Part shown: in pieces, positions 12,230 to 23,393 of the stretch
Layout of the letters: the number at the start of each line of letters is the position of its first letter
Position numbering within the stretch: position 1 is the first letter of the stretch
Source: Isurus oxyrinchus
Taxonomy: Eukaryota
Length of the DNA: 64,000 nt
NCBI GenBank assembly: GCA_026770705.1
Contig: JANJGN010000150.1
Span: 868,001 to 932,000, forward strand
Reading direction: 5' to 3'
Notes under the pieces: generated by a model
What the model was told of the DNA's origin: nothing
Database searches by the model: none
The model's input: only the letters and a program-made list of their open reading frames with translations
Translations under genes and position numbers: made by a program

Positions 12230-13460
12230 TGTAGGGTGTGGTGGTGTGTGTCAGCTTCACCTGCGACTTCTGAGCCGTCTGAATCGCTCCCACTCCCTGG
12301 GTTCTAGACCTTGGACTTATTCGGGGCTTGTCACAAAGTGCAGCAGACAACTGGTTTTGGTGCAAGACAAAAACTGAGTTTACTGAAGTCACAAATGAAC
12401 TTCTAACATTAGGATGACACTGAGATTATACAGACTTACAAAGTACACTGAGTTAAGAATAGGGAACACACGGCATAACGAGGGAGAATCACGCTACTAA
12501 TGCCCTTACCCTTGTCCCACCCCCCATCCCTAACTAAATTGCACTAGGAGAGGTCAGGGGTCACGCTCACCAACCCAGGGTTCCTTGACAGGTGGAAATC
12601 CAGCCAGGTAAGCCGGTTGCAGTTTTGGGGGACGCTCTTAGTGTCCTCTGGGGCCTGTCATCCCCACGTGGTCCTGGTTTGTGGAATCTGTGAAGGGTCT
12701 TCAGTTGGGTGGAGGGCGCGGTTGTGGGTGGTCGATCTTCATGGAGGGCAGCGGTTGTGGCCTTGTTGTCTTCGGTTGAGCCTGCCTCCCCGTGCCCCTC
12801 ACCGTGATGTTGCCTGTGGGCCTGCAAACCTCCAGATCTCCTTGCTTAAACTCTGTTTCAACCGCTCCCAACTGCTCACTGCCCTGTGTCAGCTTTCAAC
12901 ACTGCAACCCTTCTGCTGGCTGGTTTCTCTCCCAACTGACTGCCCAGTTATACTGCCTTTCGAGTTTCTTATCGCAATCCAAATCAAGGTTCGTTCTTTG
13001 TTTGTCTTTGGTGGGCTTCCCCAGGTGATTGATGTCTCGTTGTTGTTAATGGGCTCGCATGATGTTTATCATTGTCTTCCTGCCCAGTAACTAGTTTTGA
13101 ACTGAAAGCCATTGTATGTGTGGAGTATTGATGGGTTCGCATAATTAAATTGCCGGCCTCAGAAGTTAGGAGCGATTATTGATGCAAGATTTAGATGGGC
13201 TTCAGTTGCGTGTGAAGTGAAGTCTTTCTCTGGGTTGATTGTATTAAAGGGAAGAATGCGTATTCTGTCTCCTCTCGTTGTCTGGTTTCAGGCCAAACAT
13301 TCCACACTGCTCTCAATAAGCCCGGACATGTGCAGCCCCAGGCCTTCATGGGCCCAGCCTCCTGTCTGCAGGGTTTTCCACTTAACTCAGCAGTTTAAAG
13401 GTGCAAAAGTGATATCCTTGTTGATGATATGGAAAATGTGGGAATTTTGAGAACCCTTCA
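12230..13460 (-). mobile_element. Solo LTR
   Basis: TG...CA termini with an imperfect terminal inverted repeat (TGTAGGGT ... ACCCTTCA) and an AGTAAA poly(A)-like signal on the minus strand. No matching target-site duplication. The arm B copy (about 42750-43135) has an internal deletion of about 850 bp. Confidence 0.6.
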
Positions 13461-13859
13461 AGAGATAGGGAGGGTTACAGGGGCTGGAGGAGGTTACAGG
13501 TATAGGGAGGGGTGAAGGGGTTGAAGGTGGTTACAGAGATGGGGAGGGTTGTGGGGGTTGGAGGTGGTTACAGATATAGGGAGGGGTGTAGGGATTGAAG
13601 GTGGTTACAGAGATGGGGAGGATTGTAGAGGCAGGTGGAGGCTGCCTTAGGGAGGGTTGTAGGGGCTGGAGGAAAGGGAGAGAGAGAGGAGGTTACAGAT
13701 ATAGGGAGGAAGACAGTCAGAGAGAGAGACTCCAGGAGATAGAGAGCGATAGAGAGATTGAGAGACAGACAGAGACTGAGAGAGGGAGAAGAGAGAAGGA
13801 GAGTGAGAGAGAGAGAGAACAAGTGTGAAAGATGGTGGAAGGGAAGAGTGGGGAGGTGT

Positions 13860-14210
13860 TGGCCTGATGGTATTTTCACTGGACCAGTATTCCAGAGACC
13901 CAGTGTAATGCTCCTGGGACCCTGGTTAGAATCTCACCACAGCAGTTGGTGGAATTTCAATTCAATAAAAACCTGGAATTAAAAGTCCGATGATGACCAG
14001 GAAACCATTGCTGATTCTTGTATTTGGGTCACAAATGCCCTTTAGGGAGGGAAATCTGCTGTCCTTACCTGGTCTGGCCTACATGTGACTCGAGACCCAC
14101 AGCAATGTGGTTCACTTTTAAAAAGTGGCCTCTGAACAAGGGCAATTAGGGTTGGGCAATAAATGCTGGCCTAGGCAGTGATGTCCACATCACATGAAAG
14201 AATGAAATAA
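13860..14210 (+). mobile_element. tRNA-derived SINE
   Basis: TGGTATTTTCACTGGACCAGTATTCCAGAG...GGTTAGAATCTCACCAC (A/B-box-like), with a LINE-shared 3' tail GGGCAATTAGGGTTGGGCAATAAATGCTGGCC. Confidence 0.7.
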
Positions 14211-14630
14211 AAGGACAGAGAGGGACAGACAGAGTCGAGAGACACCCAGAATGAAAAAAACACAGTAAACACTGGAAAATAAACATTCTGGTCTGATCTG
14301 GTCTTGTATACCTTCAAATGGAACACCAGTAAAACAGGGAAATAAGAGTACTGGGCCAAACTGTTAGAGAGGGACACATTTAGAGAGAGAGAGAGAGAAA
14401 GAGGGAGACACTGAAAGAGATAAGTACAAGGAAAGAAAGAGTGAGAGAGAGAGACAGACAGAGACACACAAAGAAGTAGAAAGAAAGTGATAGAGATGAA
14501 GCAGGAGAGAATGAGGAGAAAGATAGATAGATAGAGAGAGAGGATGGTAGAGAAAGAGAACGAGAGGAAAAGAGACAAAGGCAGAATGTGATGGAACACT
14601 GAATCCTTGTCTATGCGTTTTGAAATCCAG

Positions 14631-14764
14631 CCCAGAACTATCATTGGAAGATTCAGCGAGTGTCCAGTACAGGGGACCCAGCCCAACCTTCTCATCCTGA
14701 CCTTCCCAGTGGGGCTGAAGAGGGCAGAGAGGAAACCTTCCTCTGTTATTCTGTTGTCGAATAA
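14631..14764 (+). CDS. Candidate orphan cytoplasmic terminal exon with ITIM-like LCYSVV
   Basis: Unique sequence after aaatccag| reads (phase 1) QNYHWKIQRVSSTGDPAQPSHPDLPSGAEEGREETFLCYSVVE*. Acidic run before L-x-Y-x-x-V. The acceptor is weak. Confidence 0.35.
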
Positions 14765-14769
14765 ACACA

Positions 14770-15410
14770 ACAATTCTGGAACTCTGCCCTTTCTATCTCA
14801 CGGATTAGAATATAAGGGGGCAGAGGTCATGCTTCAGTCTACATAAAGCCCTGGCTAGACAACACCTGGAGTCACTGTGAGACATTCTGGGCCCCACACC
14901 TTAGGAAGGATATATTGACCTCGGAGGGAGAGCAGTGTCAGTTTACCAGAATGAGACCGGGACTCCAAGGGTTAAATCACAAGGAGAGATTAAACACAAA
15001 CTCGGCTTGTATTCCCTGGAAGTTAGAATGTTAAGCAGGAGATTTGATGAAAGTTCGCATGATATTAAGGGGAACAGATCGGGGGCGATAAAGAGAAACC
15101 ATTTCCCCTGGTTGGGGGGAGTCTGGGACTCGGGGTCAGAGCCTAAATAGGAGAGGCTGACCTTTCAGGAGTGAAATTAGGAAGCACAAAGGGTGGGAGA
15201 AATTTGGAACGGTCTTCCCCAAACTGAAACTGATGCACGATCAAGTTGTTCATTTTAAACCTGTGAGACTGATAGATTTTTGTTATCCAAAGGTATTAAA
15301 GGAGATGGGACAAAGGCATATGGGGCTAGTTTGCAGATCAGCCATGAACTCATTGAATGGTGGAGCAGGCTCGAGGGGCCAAATGGCCTCCTCCTACCCT
15401 CATGTAATAG
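14770..15410 (+). mobile_element. CR1 LINE 3' fragment
   Basis: GLEYKGAEVMLQ...LGLYSLEVRML and the CR1 3' UTR GATCAGCCATGAACTCATTGAATGGTGGAGCAGGCTCGAGGGGCCAAATGGCCT. Confidence 0.85.
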
Positions 15411-15779
15411 AAACTTACCTGTCAGAAGCCAGTTTATGTTGATGTGAGTCTGAGTCGATGACTGAACCCAGTTGGTGACTTGTTCCATACAAAGCAAGAA
15501 CGTTCATGCCTTTCAATGTTCCTGGATAAAACATGAACAAAGCTGGTGACAGACAGTCTCCACATGGTAAACACTGACCGATCAACACATGACATGGCTG
15601 TTAACCCCTAAACCTCAGCGTAAATCAGTTCCCCCTCGAGGCCCCTTGTCCAAAATAAAAGCAACGCACACAATTTGTAAAATAGTAAGTGTAGCAATGA
15701 GAGGAGTAAGGGGTTAGGGGGCATGCGGTTCACCTGATTTGCCGACATAAGAACCAGCCCCTCTGTTTTTGCTATGTTG

Positions 15780-15995
15780 TGTTGCGTCAATATGAACACA
15801 TATTTGCACAAGGTGAAGGGCGTTGCGGAGGGACTGACAGTTCTCGGCGCCAGACAGTCAATGTCCCAGTGACCTTACTGCTGGTCCCAGGCCAGTGGGA
15901 CAGGGAACATCGACACTGCAATATCCAGAAATGGGTGTGATACCACACAGCAACCCGCCCCCGGCTGTCCCCTTCAAGTGTTTCAGGTATAAGAG
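15780..15995 (+). promoter_or_regulatory. Putative promoter of the hepcidin-like gene (BMP/SMAD element, C/EBP-like sites, TATA-like box)
   Basis: TTGCGTCAAT and TTGCACAA (about 15782-15812), GGCGCC at 15846-15851 directly followed by AGAC, and TATAAG at 15988-15993, 77 bp before the ATG. Mirrored at about 42185-42400. Confidence 0.45.
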
Positions 15996-16064
15996 CAGGA
16001 AGCTCCTCTAGTTACAAACCAAAGCATCAAAGCAGAGCCAGAAGATCAGAAGAGACAGGCAGAG

Positions 16065-16157
16065 ATGGGAAGCTCCCAGATGAAATGGCGACTTGTCTTG
16101 TTCACTCTGACTTTGCTGCTCTCCCTGCAGCTGAGTCACTTCTTCTCCTTGTCGAGG
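16065..16157 (+). CDS. Exon 1 (signal peptide) of a small secreted prepropeptide, hepcidin-like
   Basis: MGSSQMKWRLVLFTLTLLLSLQLSHFFSLSR, 93 nt, phase-0 donor AGG|gtaagc. Not in the ORF track. Confidence 0.6.
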
Positions 16158-16349
16158 GTAAGCTAAGAGATGTCCCTCTGGGTGAGGTGTTTCTTGCACA
16201 TGACTCTACATCTACCACCCAGATAGACTGGTCTCTTCCGCAGTTTGATATTATTATGTTCGTGCCTTTAATATTGTCGCCCTCTATGAATTTAACATCA
16301 TTTCCTTCTGTCATTTCCCCTGAAATTCTCATTCTTGTTTTCAATCCCT

Positions 16350-17140
16350 CCTCAGCGACTCCCTATCTCTGTAACCTCCTCCAGCCCGTACAACCCTCCC
16401 TATCTCTGTAACCTCCTCCAGCCGCTACAACCCTCCCTATATCTGTAACCTCCTCCAGCCCCTACAACAATCCCCATCTCTGTAACTTCCTCCAGCCCCT
16501 ACAACTGTCCCTATCTCTGTTACCTCCTCCAGCCCCTACAACACTCCCTATCTCCGTAACCTCCTCCAGCCCCTACAACCCTCCCTATCTCTGTAACCTC
16601 CTCCAGCCCCTATAAACCTCCCTATCTCTGTAACCTCCCCCAGGCCCCACAACCCTCATGATCACTGTAACCTCCTCTAGACTCTACAACCCTCCCTATC
16701 TCTGTAACCTCCTCCAGACCCTACAACCCTCCCTATCTCTGTAACCTCCTCCAGGCCCCACGACCCTCAGAATCACTGTAACCTCCTCCAGCCCCTACAA
16801 TGCTCATGAACTCTATAACGTCCTCTCCACACTATAACTCTCCCTATCTCTGTAACCTACTGTGGCCCCTACAGCAGTATCTATTTTGGTAACCTCCTCC
16901 AGCCTCTACAACCCTCCTTACCTCTGTAACCTCCTCCAGCCCCCACAACCCCCCCCATCTCTTTAACCTCCTACAGCCCCTACTCACCTCCCTATCTCTG
17001 TAACCTCCTACAGCCCCTACAACCTTCCCTATCTCTGTCACCTCCTACAGCCTCTAGAACCCTCCCTATCTCTGTTACCTCCTACAGCCTCTACAACCCT
17101 CCCTATCTCTGTAACCTCCTCCAGCCGGAACAACCCTACC
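16350..17140 (+). repeat. About 37-bp tandem repeat (CTCTGTAACCTCCTCCAGCCCCTACAACCCTCCCTAT), L2-derived
   Basis: Visible tandem units. Also at 13460-13700, 30800-31500 (inside L2), 41040-41830 and 42565-42745. Confidence 0.9.
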
Positions 17141-17956
17141 TAAATCTCTGGTCTGAGTCTCACTCCAGGGAATTCAGTCCCATAACGTCGGTCAACACTC
17201 CGTGCTGAGGGAGTGCTGCACTGTCAGAGGGTCAGTAGTGTGGAAGTGTTGCACTATTGGAGGGACAGTACTGAGTGAGTGCTATACTGTCGGAGGTCAG
17301 TACTGAGGAAGTGCTGCTGTGTCGGAGGGTCAGTACTGAGGGAGCGCTGCACTGACGGAGGGACAATACTGTGGGAGTGCAGCACTATCGAAGGGTTAGT
17401 ACTGAGGGAGTGCTGCTGTGTCGAAGGGTTAGTACTGAAATAGAGCTGCACTGACTGAGGGACAGTACTGAGGGAGCGCAGCACTATCGAAGGGTTAATA
17501 CTAAGGGAGTGCTGCAGTGTCAAAGGGTTAGTACTGAGGGAGCACAACAATGTTGAATGAGACATTAAACTGAGTCCCCCGTCTGCCCTCTCGGGCGGGT
17601 GTGAAAGATCCCACAGCCACTATTTGGAGGAAGAGCAGGGGGTGTTCTCCCCGGTGTCCTGGGACCAATATTTATCCCTCAACCAACATCACCAAAAACA
17701 GATGATCTAGGCCATGATCACATTGCTATTTGTGGGATCTTGCTGTGCACAAATCAGCTGCCACATTTCCTACAGTGTGAGTGCACTTCAAAAACATCCT
17801 TCAGTGGCTGTGAAATGCTTTGGGATGTGGTGAAAGGCGTTAGAGAAATGCAAGTCTGTCCTCCTCCCCCTCTCTCTCCTGTACCTCTCTCTCTCTCTCT
17901 CCCTCTCCCTCAATCCTCCTCTCACTTTCTCCCTGATAAATTCTTTCTTTTTGCAG

Positions 17957-18013
17957 GTTGACACTGCTTTAGGTTCTTCGACGATTGAGAAATCTGTGGA
18001 TTCCCCGGACACG
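17957..18013 (+). CDS. Exon 2 (acidic pro-region) of the hepcidin-like gene
   Basis: Strong acceptor ttctttctttttgcag|, VDTALGSSTIEKSVDSPDT (57 nt, phase 0-0), donor ACG|gtaggt. Identical translation in arm B. Confidence 0.55.
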
Positions 18014-20243
18014 GTAGGTGGAAATTCATTCCTTATTTTAAGGTTTCTCCCTGCTCGTTTCTTCCACAGAAAGTTTTCTGATTTCAAGCTGATTTCAGTG
18101 GCAGTCTGTCTCGGTTATACTCAGGAGGCATGTTTGAAATCGAACCCCCCCCGCCCCCTTTTTTTGCAAAGCTGGGAAGATGCAATTCCAAGGAAGTGAA
18201 CATATCCCCACAGGAATTTTAAATGTAACCCACGCCGGGAATAGTGAGAGGGAGACTGATCCAGCCTGGGAGTGGGTTAAAGAGAGGCTGGGAGTCGAGA
18301 GTCGGAGAGAGGGATGGAATGGGGGAGGGAGGGATTGGAAGAGAGAGACAGAGAGTGGGATGGGGAGGGGTGAAAGGGAAAGAACATAGGTGGGAGAGAG
18401 TGACAGAGGGAGAAATTAAAGAAGAGATGCAGAGTGAGGGAAAGTGAAAAGGGAAGAGAGATTGTCCAAGAGAGAGAAATTAACAGAAAAGGGAGAGTTA
18501 CAGAGTGAGCGAAAGGTACAAAAATAGTGTGAGAGAGAGGGAGAGATACAGAGTGGGAGAAGGAGACAGGGGAGAGAGAGGGAGAGAGACAGGAAAAGGG
18601 AGAGAGGAGAGAAAGATTGGGAGAGAGGGCAATTGAGAGGAAGAGTAGGAGAGAGAGAGACAGGGAGAGGAGGAGTGGATGAGAGGAAGAGAGAGAGATA
18701 TGGAGCAGGAGAACACCTCCTCCGGTCCCGATGTTCCTCCAAAATCTCTGACATTACTGCATCTCCCGGGACCCCCTGATTCCCATCGCTCCACCATTGG
18801 TGGCCGTGCCTTCAGCTGCCTGGGGCCCTGAGCTCCGGAATACCCTCCCTTAACCTCTCTGCCTCTCTCTCTCTCTCTCCTTTAAGACGCTCCTTAAAAA
18901 CTGACATCTTTGACCAAGCTTTTGGTCACCTAACCCTAATATCTCCATATGTGACTCAGTGTTAGACTTCTCTCTGATTTACGCTCCGGTAATGTGGGCT
19001 GGGACATTTTGCAATATCAGAGGCGCTGTGTAAATGCAAGTTGTGAGTGTTATGTGGAAGGGAGACCCCAGGCGGCAGTCAGTGCCAGAGACTGGAGTCA
19101 TTGTGTGCAGACCGTATCTAATCTCTCCGAATGCACAATCGGTTTGACTGTCAGCCAAAGCACTTTTGATATTTGATCCTTCTAACTGTTTATAACCAGG
19201 CCTACATCAAACACCGAGAGGCTGGTTAATCAACAGACACCTTAGAGGATCGAGTGAAAGACAAAGAGGACTTGCATTTCTCTAGCGCCTTCCAACACAT
19301 CAGGACGTCCCAAAGTGTTTCGCAGACAATCAAGTGCTTTTTTTCTTTCATGTGAGGTCACTGATGTACTGTGGGAAAAGAATCAGCCATTGGCGCACAG
19401 TAAGATCCCACAGACAGCAGCATGATAATGACCAGCGCGCTCCCAGTACTTGCACTGCAAGTGTCAGTTCAGGATGTGTGCTCGATTCTCTGCAACTCTC
19501 AGCTCTGAGTTAAAAGGACCACCAGGCATAATTGAGAAATTACCGAGCTGTCGGAGGGTCAGTACCGGCGGGGGGGCAGGACAGTGGGAGGGTCAGTACT
19601 GAGGGGGTGCTGCATTGTCAGACGGTCAGTCTTGGAGTGCTGCACTGTCAGAGGGTCAGTACCGGCGGGGGACTGCACAGTCGGAGGGTCAGTACTGAGG
19701 GGGTGCTGCATTGTCAGACGGTCAGTACTGAGGGAGTGCTGCACTGTCAGAGGGTCAGGGCTAAGGGAGTGCTGCACTGATGGAGGGTCAGTACTGAGTG
19801 AGTGCTGCACTGTCAGAGGGTCAGTGCTAAGGGAGTGCTGCACTGTTGGAGGGTCAGTACTGAGTGAGCGCTGCACTGATGGAGGGTCAGTTCCGAGGGA
19901 GTGCTGCACTGTCAGAGGGTCAGTGCTAAGGAAGTGCTGCACTGTCAGAGGGTCAGTGCTAAGGAAGTGCTGCACTGTACAGAGGGAGTGTGAGACTGAC
20001 AGAGGGTCAGTAATGAGGGAGTGTGAGACTGACAGAGGGTCACTATTGAGGATGTGCTGCACAGTCGGGGGGGTCAGTACTGAGGGAGCACTGCACTGCC
20101 ATAGGTGGTTTCTTTCAGATGACATGAGAGAGAGGGTTAAACCCACTGAGACAAGACTGACACTAATGAGGCTGCTCAATAATTTAACCCTATCAGTGCC
20201 AGTAAATAATGTGAGGATGTCTTCTGTTTCCATTTCTCTGTAG

Positions 20244-20492
20244 GGTAAACAGAACGTGCTGATTACTGAGCCTCGGAACACAACCAGAGACACAACTAGT
20301 GAGGGGGAGACCCCAGCTCCCCGGGGTCTCTCTGAAGGTGCATTGGGAGGCGATGCTGGACATTGGCACATCGACAATCCCAACGGCCTTCTCTACGCCA
20401 ATCCCCAAGTATTGAGGATGTCCAGTGATGATGGGTCTGTCCACAGGGAAGAGGAGACGGAATACGCACAGATCAGGTTCGAGCATAACTGA
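20244..20492 (+). CDS. Orphan Siglec-like terminal cytoplasmic exon (degenerate ITIM LLYANP, ITSM-like TEYAQI)
   Basis: Phase-0 acceptor tttctctgtag|GGT AAA, 82 aa plus stop, paralogous to 55611-55859. AATAAA near 21023. Confidence 0.75.
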   Translation, partial: GKQNVLITEPRNTTRDTTSEGETPAPRGLSEGALGGDAGHWHIDNPNGLLYANPQVLRMSSDDGSVHREEETEYAQIRFEHN

Positions 20493-20689
20493 ATGAGAAA
20501 TGGGGAGTGAGAGTGAGGAGGTGTGGGGGTGGGGGTAGTGATTGAGATTCCTGGGAACAGGAAACAACCCACTGGGGGAGAGGGGGAGAGAGGGAGGAAG
20601 GGATGCGATTGGGCTGCGGTTGGTGTGGTTTGGAATGAAATGCTTCTCCAGAGAGGACTGGATGCTGAGCCACTGGGGATAGAGATTCA

Positions 20690-20728
<39 letters not shown>

Positions 20729-21059
20729 TCTTTGTCTTTCTTTCTGTGTCTGTCACTCATTCTCTATCTCCAGCTCCTCCTTTAAGATGCCCGTTAATAA
20801 CTGACTTTGTTGACTCAGCTGTTGGTCTCCTGTCCCTTATATCTCCTCATGTGCCTCAGAGTCAGGTGAAGATGTGACTAACAATTCCCGGATGAGCCTT
20901 GGGACATTTTGCTACATTAAAGGTGCTATATAAATGCAAGTAGTTGCAGTAAGTCTGATCTGCTTCGATTAACAATGGAACCACAAAGGCTCCTTCGACA
21001 GGGCGTGTGTGCAGGAGGATCCCAATAAATACATTGAGCTGTGAGATTTTTAATTCTTA

Positions 21060-21520
21060 CATCGAATGTGGCTGTCACTGGTGATGTCAGCATTAATGCC
21101 CATCCCTAATTGCCCTTGAGAAGGTGGTGGTGATCAGCCTTCTTGACCCGCTGCAGTCCATGTGGTGTAGGTACACCCACAGTGCTGTTAGGGAGGGAGT
21201 TCCAGGATTTTGACCCAGTGACAGTGAAGGAACGATGATATATTTCCAAGTCAGGATGGTGAGTGGCTTGGAGGGGAACTTCCAGGTGGTGGTGTTCCCA
21301 TGTGTCTGCTGCCCTTGTCCTTCTAGATGGTAGAGGTCATGGGTTTGGAAGGTGCTGTTGAAGGATCCTTGCTGAGTTGCTGCAGTGCATCTTGTAGATG
21401 GTACACACGCTGCTGCCACTGTGTGTTCATGGTGGAGGGAGTGAATGTTTAATGTGGGGGATGGGGTGTAGATCAATCGGGCTGCTTTGTCCTGGATGGT
21501 GTCAAGCTTCTTGATTCTGT
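21060..21520 (-). mobile_element. CR1/L2-clade LINE 3' fragment
   Basis: KKLDTIQDKAARLI...SLHH...TTTWKFPSKPLTILTWKYI. Same family at 24260-24520 (+) and 53340-54421 (-). Confidence 0.85.
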
Positions 21521-21647
21521 GCTTTGTATAGAACTGATTTAAAGAGACAGTCCCAGTCGTTGGTCTAAGTTTACAGTGGGCTCTGTGTCTGTGCTGCACT
21601 GACTCTCTGCTATATGATAACCACAGTGTGATATTTTGTTATTACAG

Positions 21648-21729
21648 GAGAAAGACAGCGATGGAGGAGAGAGTTTCAGGGACCAGTGACATTGTATTGA
21701 CCCCCAGTCCACTCTCTGTGAAGCACCAG
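21648..21729 (+). CDS. Orphan Siglec-like first cytoplasmic exon
   Basis: attacag|G AGA AAG...CAC CAG|gtacag, 82 nt, phase 2 to 0, RKTAMEERVSGTSDIVLTPSPLSVKHQ. Paralogous to 56785-56866. Confidence 0.75.
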
Positions 21730-21864
21730 GTACAGGAGCTGTTTACACTCACTCCAAAGCTTCAATCTCATTGTGTAGACAACACATGTCCCAGATTCCC
21801 AGCCCAGTTACCCACTGATTTGTACCTGTGGAGTCAGCAATGGTTCAGTATCATGCTGTCTCTC

Positions 21865-22622
21865 TGTTATGACACAGCAACTGGTAAAGGCTGTTGTTTA
21901 AAATCCCAGAGGGAAACTTTAAACAACTGTCATAACCTATATTTCCCAGTGGAATGTTTGAGATGCAGCTCTAAATTCAGGAATAAGACCATCAGTTCTT
22001 GAGATGGGTTTATATCAAACTACATGAGACATTTATTAATTTTCACAAGTTAATCATATGCACATGGCTACAAGCTAGTACTATCATAACTTTTTAACAA
22101 ATTCCCAAACTAACGTCCTCTAAGACAACCCATAGACTTTAAGCAGATTCCAAGCGAAGCATTTTCACCTCACAAATTCCAAATGAGGTTCCTTTCACTT
22201 TGGTTCCTTTGCAGACAGGTGTAGGCTTACAGCTGCTTTGATGTTACAAGCCTCTGCTCTGCACACACAAAACTGCTCAAGTTATACCCAGCTCTTCTCT
22301 TTGAATGTAAATTCTCATTGTATCATCAGGACCTTTGATCTCCATCTCTTCTAACTATAAATCCCGTTTCATAGTATCAATTTTATTAGTAATATAAACA
22401 TTGATTGGTTTAAGAATTCACTCCCAGGCTTTGAATCCTCCTTTTAAAAATGCAATATGCCTCTTTACCTCTTTGTTTACATCTCAAAACTACTATACAT
22501 AAAAGTACCCAGACCGGCTGGCTTTAATCCAATTAAAACACACACACACACACCCACAGACTAAACCTCTGTTTAAAAAGACAATTTCCAATTACAATAC
22601 ATACATTAATAGATTCATAACG
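21865..22622. mobile_element. Solo LTR-like insertion
   Basis: Terminal inverted repeat TGTTATGA...TCATAACG. Start is similar to the element at about 49947. Absent from the paralogous intron near 56640. Confidence 0.55.
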
Positions 22623-23144
22623 CTCAGTCTCTGACCCTTCATCTCTCTCTCTCTCTCTCATCCTCTCTCTGATTACAAGATTCATGTTATTGAGCCTCAC
22701 ACCAGGCACCTGAGTGCAGAATCCAAGCCGACACTCGCCAGAGCCATTACCGAGGGAGTGCGAGACTGACAGAGGGTCAGTACTGAGGGAGTGCTGCACT
22801 GTCAGAGGGTCAGTACTGAGGGAGTGTTGCACTGTCAGAGGGTCAGTACTGAGGAAGACCTGTACTGTCGGAGGGTCAGTACTGAGGGAGCGCTGCACTG
22901 TCGGAGGGTCAGTACTGAGGGAGTGCTGCACTGTTGGATGGTCAGCATTGAGGAAGTGCTGCACTATCGAAGGGTCAGTACTGAGGGAGCACTGCACTGC
23001 CATAGGTGTTTTCTTTCATAAGACATGTGAGAGAGGGTTAAACCCACTGACCCACGACTGACACTAACGAGGCTGCAGAATATTTTAACCCTATCAGTGC
23101 CAGTAAATGATGTGAGGATGCCTTCTGTTTCCATTTCTCTGTAG

Positions 23145-23393
23145 GGTAAACAGAACGTGCTGATTACTGAGCCCCGGAACACAACCAGAGACACAACTAG
23201 CGAGGGGGAGACCCCAGCTCCCCGGGGACTCTCTGAATGTGCAGTGGGAGGCAATGCTGGACATGGGAACCCCGACAATCCCGACGAGTTTCTCTACGCC
23301 AATCCCCAAGTCTTCAGGGTGCCCAGTGGTGATGGGTCTGTCCACAGGGAAGAGCAGACGGAATACGCACAGATCAGATTCAAGAGAAACTGA
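23145..23393 (+). CDS. Second orphan Siglec-like terminal cytoplasmic exon (FLYANP, TEYAQI)
   Basis: Same acceptor and phase as 20244, in frame with 21648-21729. AATAAA at 24001. 20100-21040 and 22990-24010 are tandem paralogs. Confidence 0.75.
   Translation, partial: GKQNVLITEPRNTTRDTTSEGETPAPRGLSECAVGGNAGHGNPDNPDEFLYANPQVFRVPSGDGSVHREEQTEYAQIRFKRN

Larger units (their letters stand above)
1..19570 (+). repeat. Arm A of a large inverted segmental duplication (partner about 38700-48817)
   Basis: Bases 1-140 are the reverse complement of about 48680-48817. 2430-9480 matches 48660-46460, 9480-12590 matches 46460-42780, and 15620-19570 matches 42560-38700. Near-identical ORF translations appear on opposite strands (10099+/45032-, 17951+/40079-). 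Confidence 0.95.

Noticed and set aside
16085-16411. ORF MATCLVHSDF... with a chemokine-like VEG donor
   Set aside because: This frame is a poor signal peptide, and its phase-1 donor does not fit the phase-0 exon at 17957. The MGSSQMKW frame fits both.
18994-19176. Cys-containing ORF RCVNASCECY
   Set aside because: Derived from the L2 3' tail (GGCGCTATATAAATGCAAGTTGT-like), not an exon.
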